A DNA stretch of 64,000 nucleotides from Terriglobia bacterium (GTDB taxonomy: Bacteria > Acidobacteriota > Terriglobia > 2-12-FULL-54-10): the NCBI GenBank assembly GCA_963666975.2, contig CAXVYR010000004.1, positions 2,350,850 through 2,414,849 on the forward strand, given 5' to 3'. Under the pieces are notes generated by a model. That model did no database searches and was not told the origin of the DNA. It saw only the letters and a program-made list of their open reading frames with translations. Each line of letters opens with the position of its first letter. The first letter of the stretch is position 1. A program made the position numbers and the translations under genes. Below, piece after piece: positions 33,014-44,569 of this stretch.

Positions 33014-34462
33014 GAAGGTGTCCCAAACTCAGTTGCAGGTTGGGACGGCGGGTTGAGTTCATATTACGCCACTTTCTCCTTGTGAGAGGAAGCAGCGTTT
33101 GGACTTCGGCCGAGAATCGATGCCAAAGCCCAGAGATCGTGATAACCCATGATCTTCCGGAAATTCTTCTCGGTCAGCAGAAACGCTCCTGCCACCCAGC
33201 GCAACGTCATCTCGCCGTCGCGCCAGCGGCAAACATTGCCAGTCTTTTTCCGCACGCCCGACTGCGGGCTCTCGATGAGGTTCGTGGTTGCCAGGCAGCG
33301 GTGGAGGCTGGGAGGAACGTCGGCTCGATTGATCGTAAAGGTCTCCTCCAACCCTTCGCGCAAGCTGGCGGCTGCTGCCGGATGATCGCACTCGATCATC
33401 CCAGCGAGCTTTTTTATGCGCACGATGCCTTCCTCGGCTTGGGGCAATCGCCAGGCGGCGCGCATCAGCGACCGCACCTGATTCGCCAGCATTTTGTCGC
33501 CCTTTGGTAACCGCTCAGCCACGTTGCGCAGCTTATGAGTACGGCAACGCTGCACCAGCTGATTGCTGCCGAATACTTCCTCGATCCCCGCGCGGAGCGC
33601 TTTGGCGCCGTCGATCACAAACAGATAGCGCTGATCCGTGCGCAGACCTTGCTGGCGCAGGCGGGTGAGAAGGTCTTTCACCGCAGCGGCGTTTTCGGTC
33701 GCGCCCAGTTGAATCCCCAGCACATGCTTGCGGCCCTCGATGTCCACGCCCACGGCGCTGATGACGTGGTGGGAGCCGAACCGCATTCCGTCCAGGTAAA
33801 TCACCAGAATCTCGACCTCCTCCCAGCGCCGCGCCAACAGTTCTTCCAGCCGCCGCGCTCCTTGCTCGGCCGCTTCCCGGCTCACCTGAGACTTCGACAC
33901 CCCAGCGCTGTTGGCCATCTCCGGGATCACCTCGCGGTAGTTCCGCGTCGAAACCCCTTTCAACAGTGCCTCGAACATCTCCTCGCCCGTCTTCTCGCTT
34001 TTCCGCAGTGCTTCGTAGGCCGGCACCGCTTCTTCCCCTCCGCCCTTCCGGCGCAGCCGGGGCCGCTCCACCCGCAGCTGGCGATCGGCCAGTTTCACCC
34101 TCCCCAATTGCCGGCCATGCCAGCGCACCTCTCCGCTCGCCTTCCCGGGACTCTTTGGCCCCGCGATTTGCTCTGCGCTCATGCTCAGAATCGTTTCAAT
34201 CAAACCTCGCCCGGCCCGATCAATCACCTCATCCACCGCCAGACGCGCCTCCGTGATCAGATCCACCACCGGCAACAGCATCTGTCCGTTGGTTTGGCAA
34301 AACTTCTGGATGGTTTCTTCGGCTCCCTTGGAACCCAGTTCCAAAACGTGATATTTTCCCTTCATTCGGCGGTTCTCCTTCTATAGGATTTAGGCTTGGC
34401 CCGATTCTATTCGATTCGGGCCGAACCGCCGTTCAACCTTCAACTATGTATGGGACACCCTC
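33014..34462 (-). mobile_element. IS256-family element copy 3 (transposase 33064-34365), no target duplication
   Basis: Same IRs and 1449-bp length; flanks ACCAAAGG and GTAGAAGG do not match. Confidence 0.95.
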
Positions 34463-34773
34463 GTAGAAGGTCCGTGAGGGGCAACCGAGTGTTCTTTGCC
34501 CGAGTGTCCGTCAGGTGTTGTTCGATGAGTTTGCCGAATCCCAACCGTTCATCCAGCTCCCGCACCAGAATCAGACCTCCGTCGGAAGTGACCCGTGATC
34601 CGTGAAATGCGACCCGCAGAAAGCGGTTAAACGACAGTTGAAACGCCTGTTTTTGGTTCTCACCCATTGGGTGTACACCTCCGGAAGGCAATGTTGATAC
34701 TGGAACCAGCATTAATATTGATGTTGGAGGTTAGTCGAGAGTTGCTTCTACAATTTCAAACTGGAAATGCGGG
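34463..34773 (-). mobile_element. IS1380-family 5' remnant truncated by IS256
   Basis: End and N-terminus (FHGSRVTSDGGLILVRELDERLG) closely match 41065-41379. Confidence 0.85.
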
Positions 34774-34823
34774 TTAAAAGGATTTCACTTTTTATATGAT
34801 ACCGATCTTAACAGGGAAAATCC

Positions 34824-35291
34824 TTATCCGGCAATGCGAGATTCCTGAATCGCCACAAGCTTCCACTGTCCTTGCAGGCTGACCCACACATGGGTGAACC
34901 GGAAGTCGCCGCTAATGATTCTGCCCCTGGACCTCCCGTTCCTAATAGCGGTTCCTGTGACGATCGCAGTATCCCCTGTGATTCGAATGTCCATGTCCTC
35001 ATAATTCAGGAAGTCGAACGATGTTTCACCGCCTCCCATCGCCCCCAGAGTAAAGAACTTATCCCTGACTTGCCCATCAAAGGTTGTCAGGATGTAGTTG
35101 TCACCGAACAAATTTTCGAGGAAATCCGTATCGCCCCTCACCAGAGCTTCCACCCGTCTGTTTTCCAGCGCCATTACTTCCTGCTCTCGTGTTTGCCCCT
35201 GCGAGAATGCTGCAAAAAGTACCAGCAGCAGGAAAATGGTCATCGCCCGTTTCATAGAAGTTTCCAGCCGAGAAGTTATTTCATCACGCAT
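34824..35291 (-). CDS. Exported NTF2-like (DUF4440) protein
   Basis: Signal peptide; ALVRGD...GDTAIVTG...RFTHVWV...GQWKLVA. Confidence 0.8.
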   Translation of the reverse strand: MRDEITSRLETSMKRAMTIFLLLVLFAAFSQGQTREQEVMALENRRVEALVRGDTDFLENLFGDNYILTTFDGQVRDKFFTLGAMGGGETSFDFLNYEDMDIRITGDTAIVTGTAIRNGRSRGRIISGDFRFTHVWVSLQGQWKLVAIQESRIAG

Positions 35292-35381
35292 TTAGCGTTT
35301 TCCTCCTTGGGTTTAAAATTATCCGGGATTTCCATTTTGGTCCTCCAGCGGTTGAGAGAGTATACACCCAATTCTCCCAGC

Positions 35382-36178
35382 GGCACTGTCAAGTTAACGG
35401 AACCAAGCCGAGATTCACCCCAAAACGACAAGAGTCCACAATCTCTCAACAGACGCACGTCACCTCTCTCCAATCGGAAAAAGCCCGGTCCCGGAGGAGT
35501 CGATGATGAGCGGCCTTGAGATGATGACGACCGACTCGGAACAGGTTCTGGATAGGACCGTGAACTGAGAGAAAACGCTGAGTCTGTGCCATTGATTTGA
35601 ACCTTCGCATTTGCCGCTCTTGTTCACGAGTGTGCTGATGGGAGACTTCAGCCCGATTGTTTTCGTATTGGCCTGTTCGATGGATCACGGTAGGAAAGAT
35701 GTCCCTATGTGCAGCCGGATAACTCCGAAGCTTGTCGGTGATCAGTTGCCAGGGTGCTTTTCCCTGATGTTTCAAGGCCCTACGAAAGAAGCGTTTAGCG
35801 GCTCGACGATCTCTACGCTTGGTAACCAGTATATCGATCACGTCTCCATCCTGATCGACGGCCCGCCAAAGATAGAGGCGCTGACCTTGGATGGTGATGA
35901 AGAGTTCATCGACGTGCCAGATGTCACCGAGTCTTCCCCGTTTCCGACGCAGCGTTTGGGAGAAGGACGGTCCGAATTTCTGACACCAGTATCGGATCGC
36001 TTCGTAGGAGACAAGGATTCCTCGCTCTGCAAGCAAGTCTTCTGCGTCTCGAAAGCTCAGCGTGAACCGATGGTACAACCAAACGGCGTGACTGATGATT
36101 TCAGGTGGAAAGCGATGCCCTCGATAAAGTGATTCCATCCGTCCATTGTGTCTGACTCTGCCTTAACTTGACAAAGCC
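35382..36178 (-). mobile_element. IS6-family element (transposase 35446-36138)
   Basis: IRs GGCACTGTCAAGTT/AACTTGACAAAGCC; GHRFPPEII, WHVDE, YLWRAVD and NNRAEVSHQ motifs. Confidence 0.93.
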
Positions 36179-36902
36179 GTCGGCTAAGCAGATCACCTAT
36201 GCCCTCGACGACGTGATATTCCTGCGCGATATCTATCTCAAGCTCGAGGAGGATATGGACCGGAAAGGGCGCGAGACCTGGGTGGAACAGGAAATGAATA
36301 AGCTGACCGCTCCAAAAACCTATGAAAACCATCCCGAAGAGGCTTGGCAGCGAATCAGGACACGCACCGACAAGCCGAAAGTGCTGGCTGTTCTGCGCGA
36401 GTTAGCGGCCTGGCGTGAGAGCGAGGCGCAGCGCCGCGATATTCCCCGTAGCTGGGTGATCCGCGATGGAACCCTGGTCGATTTGGCCGTGCACGCACCG
36501 CTCAATAAGAAGGATCTGTGCCAGACCCGCAATATTTCACAGGACATGGCAAAAGGCCGCACTGGTGAGGCGCTGCTCGAAGCCGTGCAACGCGGCCTTG
36601 ATACGCCTAAGGATCTATGTCCCCGTGCGGAGCGGCGAGAACGTTTTCTACCAGAGCTGAAGCCAGTGCTGGAAATGCTCAAGATGCTGCTGCGCATACA
36701 GTCTGCCACGCATGGCGTGGCTACCAGGCTAATCGCCAGCAGCGATGACCTTGAAATGCTGGCCATGGACGGCGCGGCCGATATCCCCGCCATGAAAAGC
36801 TGGCGTTACGAGGTGTTCGGCAAGGAAGCCCGGGAGCTTATCGAGGGCCGCATCGGCCTGTCTCTGAAAAACGGAAAGATCGAGAAAATCCAGATCCGTT
36901 AG
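36179..36902 (+). pseudogene. rnd: Ribonuclease D C-terminal fragment (end of exonuclease domain + HRDC), 5'-truncated by IS6
   Basis: QITYALDDV, LAAWRESEAQRRDIPR, RLIASSDDL and WRYEVFG motifs. Confidence 0.8.
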
Positions 36903-36993
36903 GGGTGTTCCAAGATCAGGCGGCAGGGTATTGTCAAGTTAAGGGAAATTCCGGTAGTGTCTCAGTTTGAATCTATTTTCTCTTTTATGAGAG

Positions 36994-37206
36994 CTATGTG
37001 CCCCTGTAGTCGAGTCTTGATTTTTGTTCATCGTCATCATCTTCGATGTCGAACACTATTGGATCACGGCGGCCATGAATGCGTACGCTAAATCTCCATA
37101 TGTTGTCCAGGTTAGCTACCTGTTCGGGTTCTGAGAGTTTCGAATCTAGTCCGGCAGCGTCGAATTCAGCTCGCGCCAACTTATCAATGTTTTGTTTGCT
37201 CAACAT
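36994..37206 (-). CDS. Small hypothetical passenger protein
   Basis: 70-aa ORF between an IS1-like transposase tail and the IS end at 36953. Confidence 0.4.
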   Translation of the reverse strand: MLSKQNIDKLARAEFDAAGLDSKLSEPEQVANLDNIWRFSVRIHGRRDPIVFDIEDDDDEQKSRLDYRGT

Positions 37207-37209
37207 TTA

Positions 37210-37360
37210 TTACCTTGCTATTCCTGCGATTTCTTCTAAGTCCCAAACGTGATCGGAAATCCCTGCTGCCATAGCCGGGGTGATCCTTAAGCTCTTGTGA
37301 ATCCTCGCAAAATTGTAATGCATGAAGTGTATCGCAACCGCCGCCGCCCTTTTCTTCGGC
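37210..37360 (-). pseudogene. IS1-family-like transposase C-terminal fragment
   Basis: AVAIHFMHYNFARIHKSLRITPAMAAGISDHVW. Confidence 0.75.
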
Positions 37361-37376
37361 TCCAGTGTAATGCAGT

Positions 37377-37754
37377 TCAGTGTATCGTCGCACCACCGCA
37401 GCAGCGTTTGTATTTCTTCCCAGAGCCACACGGACACGGATCATTCCGCCCAATCTTGCCAGTACCGCCGGGTTCGGGTCTGTCGGTGCTTATATAGCTC
37501 AGTCGGTTTGCCTTGAAGTAACGGCATGCTCCCAAAATCCCAGCCGCCATTTGCAAGATGATTCCTTCTCGCTTTTCTGAACTAATCGGCTCAGGCCGCA
37601 TTCCAGGGTCTTCGTCGTGCTCGTGGTAGAGCATTAGGACAGGAACCATCCATCCGCCGTGTTCTTCGTCGGTAATAAGCTCGGCCCAACCCTCGCGACG
37701 CATTTCAGTACCGCGCATGAAGCCGCGAGCCCAATCGTTTCCGTGGCACAAACC
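37377..37754 (-). pseudogene. YecA/UPF0149-like protein C-terminal half with SEC-C motif, truncated by IS
   Basis: WARGFMRG...[21 protein letters not shown]. Confidence 0.8.
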
Positions 37755-39286
37755 TGTCGCTGGCGAATTACAAATTAGGCCCTCCAAGAGGGCCTTCTGG
37801 AGAAACGGAAGCGCGTCCTTGATCAGCCGGATCGCTGCTATTCATTCGGACCGCGATGCGCGGTGGCGTCCTTGTCCATTGCGGGACCTTTCGGGTGGGA
37901 CCGGGCTTGTAGCTGGAACAGGACAGAGGTGTAACAGCGTTTCCGTCCTGTCCATTGCGAAGTGATGTTGCGAGTGCGAGTGCACACTGGCGGAGTACCC
38001 TCGGTAGCAGCGAAACAATCAGATCAGACAACCGCTCCGCGTTGACAAGCTCAAACAGCGAATGGTTTCGTAGGAAGTGCCCGCCTGCCGATGTCCGCCG
38101 GTTACACAGGGAGCACCAGTCTTTGGAGAATCAGGCAGTCATTGGGGTGTGATAGAGGCCTCTGCAGTGGCGTTGCCATCCATAGGAATGGAGCCTGGCG
38201 ACTGGTCGTGGTATAGGCGTGACTGGATCAGGCGTTCTCCCTTCCAGTCCAGTGTGCGAGCGATACGCATTGAAATATGTCCTGAAATCGAGCAGCTTGT
38301 TCTCCAGGTCCGCCGTCGTCCAGAACAACGTGCGATCCAAATACTCGCGTCGAATCGTGCCGATCAACCGTTCCACAAAGGGATGGGACAGGGGAACATA
38401 GGGGACGGTTTTGATTTCGATTACCTCCAGGATCCGCAGATTGGCTTGCCACTGCCCAAACCGATACAGGGGATCATGGTCGGAGCTGAGGTAGTTGGGC
38501 ATACAGGGTTGCCATCGAATGGCGCGGTTGAACATGCGGCAAAGTGCCACGCCATTGACGGTTCCGGCGTGGACGCCGAACCCAATGATCCGGCGGGTGT
38601 ATTGATCCATGACGACCAAGACCCAGCGGGTCCGCAACGTGGCCGATTCGCACCGGAACAGATCTATACTCCAGAGGCTGTCCTTCATGTGGCCAATGAA
38701 GGTCAGCCAGGATGGCCCACCGGAGTCCTTTTTCGGCCGATAGTGGCTGGCGAGAATCCTTCGAACAACGTCTTTGTCGATGGGGATGTCGAAAGCCAAG
38801 GCAATCTGCTGAGCGATTCGCGGGCAGCCCCAGGTGGGATTGCGCTGCTTCATCTGGACAACAGCGTCGATGAGTTCTTTGTTGGGTCCGTTTGGTCCGG
38901 GCTTACGCCGGTGCTTGGATGAAAAGAGCAGGCAATATTTTCGGTTCCTCAGAGCCCGGTGGAGGCCCAAAAGAGTCGAAGGCTTCAGCACGATTGCTGA
39001 GCGGATCAGGCGGGCGGGGCGGATGAGGAGAGCACACAGGCCGGCGGCGAGGCGATCTGAAGTGCGTAGATTGGGAGATCGCTGTCGCGAACGATTGAGG
39101 ATCAGGAGTTGTTGCTTGACAAGAACGGACTCGGCGATCACAGAGCGAATGCCACCCGGACCCAAGAGCCGGGCAAGAGTAGCCATGACATGGACAACAA
39201 GGATAACGAGATTGCGCATCTCAGCATCTTAGCAAGAACCGCTAAACCCAGTAATTAGGCCGTAAACTAGCAATTCGCCAGGGACA
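37755..39286 (-). mobile_element. IS with rve integrase-core transposase (38131-39219; IS481/IS3-like)
   Basis: IRs TGTCGCTGGCGAATT/AATTCGCCAGGGACA; NPTWG, IDLF, SDHD and ERLIGTIRREYLD motifs; flanks do not match. Confidence 0.85.
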
Positions 39287-41609
39287 GGTCTACTATGCCG
39301 TCGACTCTTGTGAATTCCTGCGGATTCAAGATTGCGCGAATTCGAACCGCAGTCTGTGGGTCTTCTATGCCCTCTTTAATGCCAAGCAGCTTGAGCAAGT
39401 ACTCAACACTAATTAACCTGATGTCCCAAGCGTACCGAGAGCCACGGATCTGAGCTTCCAAATCTCCCGTATCCCGGCGTCCGACGACAAGCAGGATCGA
39501 AGATGTTTGAAGGTCGATTTCATCAACACTGGCAAGCTGTTTCTGGTAGCCCGCTATTGTGTTGAGGGCAACTCTATACGTATCCGTCGTCTTAACCTCT
39601 ACGATGAGCGATTGACCTTCTGGCGATCTCCACAGTCCGTCATAGCCGACTGCATCAACCGTGCCTCGATATAGGCCGTCCTTGACCTTGAATCCCAGCC
39701 GCGAACCGACCTGATTAATCCGGAATTAGTTTTTTGGCCCATCCGACTCGTGAGCATACATCCGTTGGCCTTCAATTGAGCCCTTCCAGACAAATATTTT
39801 CTCCGAGATACTGCCAGCGGCTTCCAGCCGCTCTTTCCGAGTCCCCAAAACCCATCGCCTCGGCTTCCAGAACCAGCTTTTGCAGACACCTCTCCATGCC
39901 TGGGGGATATCGGAATCATTTTCTTGGGTGCGCCGCAGGCTAGGCTATCCCGACGGAAGCGACAGCCCATCTATTCGCCCCAGCATGCTAGCAAATAAAC
40001 GTCTCGTCAGATGGCTCTCTGCCAGCAATAGCCAATAGTAGCGGGCATGCTTAATCAGGCGTCCTCCGGTTTTCACCAACCGCTGCTGCAAGCTCGTCAG
40101 GGACCAGTTCCCGATTCTCTGTGGCAGCACCAGCCGCCGCCAAAGATTTCCCAGATTATAGGCAATGATGGTCAGCCACAGCCGTACCTCGTTGGAGCGG
40201 AACCGATGGCAACTGAGCCGCGTCATCTTCACCGCCTGCTTGCCTTCCTTAATCCACTGCTCTGCTGTCCCTCGCTTATTATAGAAACGCACCACCGCCC
40301 GACTCGGAAGCGTCAGATTCGTCACAATGAACCCCACTCGCGGGAACAACTCCCCCGGATGATGTTCTACCTTGGCTACCACCCGTCGGGCCGTCTTCCA
40401 ACTCTCGGCTTGGTACAGAAACCCCTTGTACTCCACCAACGGCTTCTGGCCCGGCCTTCCTACCGGAAGTTTCAGCAACTCCTCGATGTCCCGCTGGAGG
40501 TTCTCGTTGGAAGGGATGCGGATGGCATACTTCACACCCCGCTCCTCCAACGCTTCGTAAACCTCCGGCTTGGCAAAGGCCGCGTCAGCCCGAAACACGA
40601 CTTCTTTCCCCATCAACTGCTGGCGTTCGATCTCCGGCAACAGAAGTTCTTCCCAGCCTTCGGCACTATGGACGTTGCCGGCACGGAGCTTGGCCGCTAG
40701 ACAATCGCCGCCTCCATTGAACAGAAGCACCGGATGATAACAGGTGGACTCGAAGTGCCCGTTGTAGGCGCTTTGCTCCTGCTCCCCGTAGACCGGGATC
40801 TCAGTCGAGTCCATGTCGAGCACTACCCGGTACGGCGAATCGATTGCTTCTGCCCTGCCGATCAGTTCCCGGTTCAGCCGTGCCAGCCCTGCGAAGTTTT
40901 CCTCCTCAGCCAGCAACTCCGTCTCGAAGGTTTGCAACCGGGATGGCAGTGCTGCCCCTCGATCCCAATTCTTCTCGGAACCGATCAGCCGGAAGGTCGG
41001 ATCTCGTGAGAGTTGCTCGGCATCGTTCACATCCTCGTATCCAGCCAAGCGACTGTACACCGACTGCCGTAGCAGGTCCGCGAGGGGCAACCGTGTGTTC
41101 TTCCCCCGAGGATCGGCTAGGTGCTGCTTGATGAGTTCACCGAATCCCAATCGTTCGTCCAACTCCCGCACCAGAATCAACCCTCCGTTGGAGGTGACCC
41201 TCGATCCGTGGAAAGCGACCTTCAACGAGGCATTAAAAGTGAGTTGAAATGGCTGATTTTGTCTCTCACCCATTCGGTGTATACCTCCGCACGCCAATGT
41301 TGATGCTGAAACCAGCATCAATATTGATGTTGGAGGCTAGTCGAAGGTTGCTTCTACAGTTTCAAACTGGAAATGCGGGTTAATAACGTCCTGAAGGGCA
41401 AGTCCTGATCCATCAAATTTTAGTTCAAGACATTCCTTGGCATACCGCGCCAAGTGTGCAGACGATACGGAAGCCAGAAAACTACGGAACTCCGACGAAG
41501 CGCTATTGCCGTCTTTCAGAATTCCCTCGCCGGCGAAGGCAATGAGCTGGTTTATTTGTTTATCGCGTATTTGTTCGGGCGAATTGCGCCAGATATCGAT
41601 TAACGGCAT
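39287..41609 (-). pseudogene. PD-(D/E)xK nuclease-like gene interrupted by IS1380 and truncated by the rve IS
   Basis: ...ALQDVIN joins QVGSRLGF...GYDGLWRSPEGQSLIVEVKTTD...DLEAQIRGSR across the TTAA target. Confidence 0.7.
39719..41379 (-). mobile_element. IS1380-family element (transposase 39945-41321)
   Basis: LDMDST, FRADAAF and YNKRGTAEQWIKEGK motifs; flanked by TTAA on both sides. Confidence 0.92.
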
Positions 41610-42146
41610 CTTTCGTCCTTGCGGTGGTCCTGTGCCGGTTCAGCCGGAACCGGAGAGCGGGCGCTCCGCGTTACTGTAGACCAGGATTTCCTTTTTGGCC
41701 GTCCTGGCACGAACAGGGTAGCCGATCCACGGGCCGCCATACAACGGTTTTCGCACTACTTCCCCGTTTGGACTCCTCTCGCTGCTGCTCCGGCCGTCGA
41801 ATGCTGCCCGATTGCGCCGTTTCAGCAAACGCAGAGGGCTTTTTGGCAAAACCCCATCCCGCGCCGACCCTCGGCAACCCGCGTACGCATCATGGGCGCA
41901 CGCTACCCCTACTACCTGCTGATCGACAGCCGCGAAGGGTACTGTCAAGTTAGCGTTCGTCGAGCGAGCCGGTACTCGGGATCGTGATTTCAGTTCGAGT
42001 CAGGCGGCGATCGTGACTGCATCCCAAATGAGAAAAGAGCGTCCTCGTAGCTCCCGATGATGCACCGCTCGCACCAGGTGACGGCCAACGCGGAAGAGGT
42101 TGCGGACGAGTCCATGCACGGACAAGAATCGTTGTGCCTGCCCGGG

Positions 42147-42277
42147 GATACTGTCAAGTTAAGCAGTTTGGCGGCATTCTCGCAGCTCGCCGCCACCGCT
42201 AAGTCATTTATTCTAAGTCTCTGATCCAGCGGAATCCTTCCGCAAAACGGGCAGATTCTGCTCAACTTGACAGTACC
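42147..42277. mobile_element. IS6-derived MITE (131 bp)
   Basis: GATACTGTCAAGTT...AACTTGACAGTACC termini match the IS6 IRs; no ORF inside. Confidence 0.7.
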
Positions 42278-42389
42278 ATTGAGAGCCTTATCCAAGGCAG
42301 AATGCGCAGCCGTGACCATGACATTGGCTGGTAGTTCTGGCAGCGGCCGCCAGCACTCCGTTCCATTGATACACCTAAAGCGATAGGAT

Positions 42390-42418
42390 TTGACGCGAAT
42401 AAAGCGTTAAGCTATATA
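42390..42418 (+). promoter_or_regulatory. sigma70 promoter of the TA operon
   Basis: TTGACG-17-TATATA. Confidence 0.55.
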
Positions 42419-42443
42419 TGATGTGGTCCAGAGCGTGGATGCC

Positions 42444-42719
42444 ATGTACCGGCTGACGATCCGGAAGCAAGCCATCAAAACCCTGCAAGGAATGCGAGCT
42501 CGGGATGCCCGCCGCGTGCGCGGTGAACTGGACAAACTGGCCCAGAATCCCGGCCGGCGGGACATTGACGTAACGCCGTTGCGGGGCCGCCCCGGCTTGC
42601 GGCTGCGGGTTGGCCCCTGGCGGGTCATTTTCGAGCGGGACGAAGAAGCTCGAAAAATCGACGTGCTGCGCATCGGCCCACGCGGCGACGTTTACAAAGA
42701 GTTAGGAGGGACACCATGA
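42444..42719 (+). CDS. RelE/ParE-family type II toxin
   Basis: LRLRVGPWRVIF...VLRIGPRGDVYK. Confidence 0.88.
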   Translation: MYRLTIRKQAIKTLQGMRARDARRVRGELDKLAQNPGRRDIDVTPLRGRPGLRLRVGPWRVIFERDEEARKIDVLRIGPRGDVYKELGGTP

Positions 42720-43087
42720 CTAAACCGCAAGTCATCCTCGACGATGGCGGGAAACCGGCATTCGCCGTGATCCCGTGGCGGGAGTACGCACGCTTGGCGA
42801 TGATGGATGCCGAGGCGGGGCTCAGCGACGAAGAGCTTTACGATCACGCCAAGTCCGTGGGTGGAGAGTCTTTTCCTATCGAGGTGGCGGATCGCCTTCT
42901 GGCGGGGGAGAAAGCCGTCAGGGTGTACCGTGAGCATCGTGGCATGACCCAGAAGCAACTGGCCAGTTCCGTTGGCATCAACGCGCTCTACCTGTCGCAG
43001 ATCGAGAGGGGCCGACGCACCGGCTCGGCCCGGACCTTGTCGGCCCTCGCCGAGGCGCTCGGCATCGATGTGGACGACCTGATCTGA
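42716..43087 (+). CDS. XRE-HTH antitoxin (toxin-first arrangement)
   Basis: GKPAFAVIPWREY...RGMTQKQLA...YLSQIERG; overlaps the toxin stop. Confidence 0.85.
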   Translation: MTKPQVILDDGGKPAFAVIPWREYARLAMMDAEAGLSDEELYDHAKSVGGESFPIEVADRLLAGEKAVRVYREHRGMTQKQLASSVGINALYLSQIERGRRTGSARTLSALAEALGIDVDDLI

Positions 43088-43244
43088 GAGGAGTAAGCAG
43101 CGAACCCTTGATGGAGAGGACCTATCTGGTGCCGTCCGATAAAGGCCAGCCAGGGCGCGCTCGTCGTCTCGCCCTCGCCGCCTCGCATCCCGCCGTCGCA
43201 GCTGCGACTTGTGGAATAGCCTCAATGCTCGACACACACGCGGC

Positions 43245-43393
43245 TGACCTGACCGGCACTTTTTGTACCAGGTGGAAAGAGAGAGAATCCACTTGAGGAG
43301 GGAGTGAGGTCATGCCAACCCGGAATTACAAACCAGAGCAGATCGTAACGATCCTACGGCAGATTGAGGTGCAGATGGCGAACGGGAAGACCA
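43245..43393 (+). mobile_element. IS3-family left end with truncated orfA
   Basis: TGACC start, then MPTRNYKPEQIVTILRQIEVQMANGKT. Confidence 0.65.
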
Positions 43394-43459
43394 GCAATCT
43401 ATCCCGGGACGTCCGCCGCCATCATCGGTGCGCTAAAGCGTGGCCGGCATTGCGACCAT

Positions 43460-43753
43460 TCATGGTTCGTCGTGTCTAACCTTTTGCCGCAGGAGTTGGT
43501 CCACGTCTACCACCTTCCCGCCCCGGCGAACCTCGGGCAACGACTCGCGCCCTTTTGCTTGTTCAAGATCCTCCATATCGAGCCGCTGAAGCTCGCGCTT
43601 GAGATGAAAGGTCTCACGCTCGGCCTTGATCGCCGTCTTCAGCGCAGGCGATTTCGGCGTCAGTTCCCGCCGTAACTTGAAGGCGACCTCGGACAGGCCG
43701 ACGTGAGCCTCGGCTACCGTTCTGAGCAGATACTGGCGTTCGTCTTCGGTCAT
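43460..43753 (-). CDS. Hypothetical protein next to an IS1-like end (43787)
   Basis: MTEDERQYLL... coiled-coil-like ORF. Confidence 0.45.
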   Translation of the reverse strand: MTEDERQYLLRTVAEAHVGLSEVAFKLRRELTPKSPALKTAIKAERETFHLKRELQRLDMEDLEQAKGRESLPEVRRGGKVVDVDQLLRQKVRHDEP

Positions 43754-43894
43754 GTTCGTCAGAATTGTACAAAACTGAGACACTACCACCAATTGACTTG
43801 CGGCGCATCGACATCCACCCTACTCTAATCTTTCGATCCGGGGCCAACTCCTGGCATGGAGGAGTGAATTGCATACTGAAAACTCCCCGTTCGA

Positions 43895-44356
43895 ATGGGA
43901 GGAACTATGAGGACCGCTCATTCCAGAGCTTCCGCTTCTTCTCGATGGCGTTACTGGAAGACGCCGGTGCTGTTCGGCATCGGATTCTGTGTCCTGCAAC
44001 TCCTGGTCGCCCTAGCCCGATTCGGCTCCATGGATTCTTGGAATCCAGCGGAATTGCTGTTTGCGATTCCGGCCATACTGTCCGGACTGATCCTGTTCTT
44101 TCTGGGCGGCTTGCTGATCGGGTTGCTGGCGCAACGCTTCTTGAGAGGAGTTGTCGGGTCCTGGCGCACAGGGTTATGGGTCGCCATCGCGGTGGCGACT
44201 CCGCTTGCCGTACTGTTCAGCCTTGTCGGCGGATTGCTCGGCCCCCATATGGTGGTTATAGGTGCTCTCGTTCCGTACCTGCTCCTGGTCGGAATCCCTC
44301 TGTTGATCCGGCAATTCGTGCAGCGTCTCCGCAGTCCGCCTAGACCGGAGGAGTGA
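43895..44356 (+). CDS. Hypothetical 4-TM membrane protein
   Basis: Four hydrophobic segments. Confidence 0.6.
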   Translation: MGGTMRTAHSRASASSRWRYWKTPVLFGIGFCVLQLLVALARFGSMDSWNPAELLFAIPAILSGLILFFLGGLLIGLLAQRFLRGVVGSWRTGLWVAIAVATPLAVLFSLVGGLLGPHMVVIGALVPYLLLVGIPLLIRQFVQRLRSPPRPEE

Positions 44357-44569
44357 TTAGCGCCCGTGCCCGGATTGACGGCTGCGTCCATCAGCGAAAA
44401 TCCGTTGCACAAAGGAACGATTACGCAACAATCCAGCGCCGGACGTGTTTTCAAGGGATTAGGCGTTGCGAAACGGGGCCACCTCACGAAACGGGAAAAT
44501 CGTACGCTAAGAGCCATCCGAATGGCCGCTCGTGGCTAACAACGACCCTTTTCCCCCGGCAATATCTTG

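Noticed and set aside
31825-33510. 561-aa integrase fusion protein
   Set aside because: The tail after 33013 is antisense read-through into IS256 copy 3
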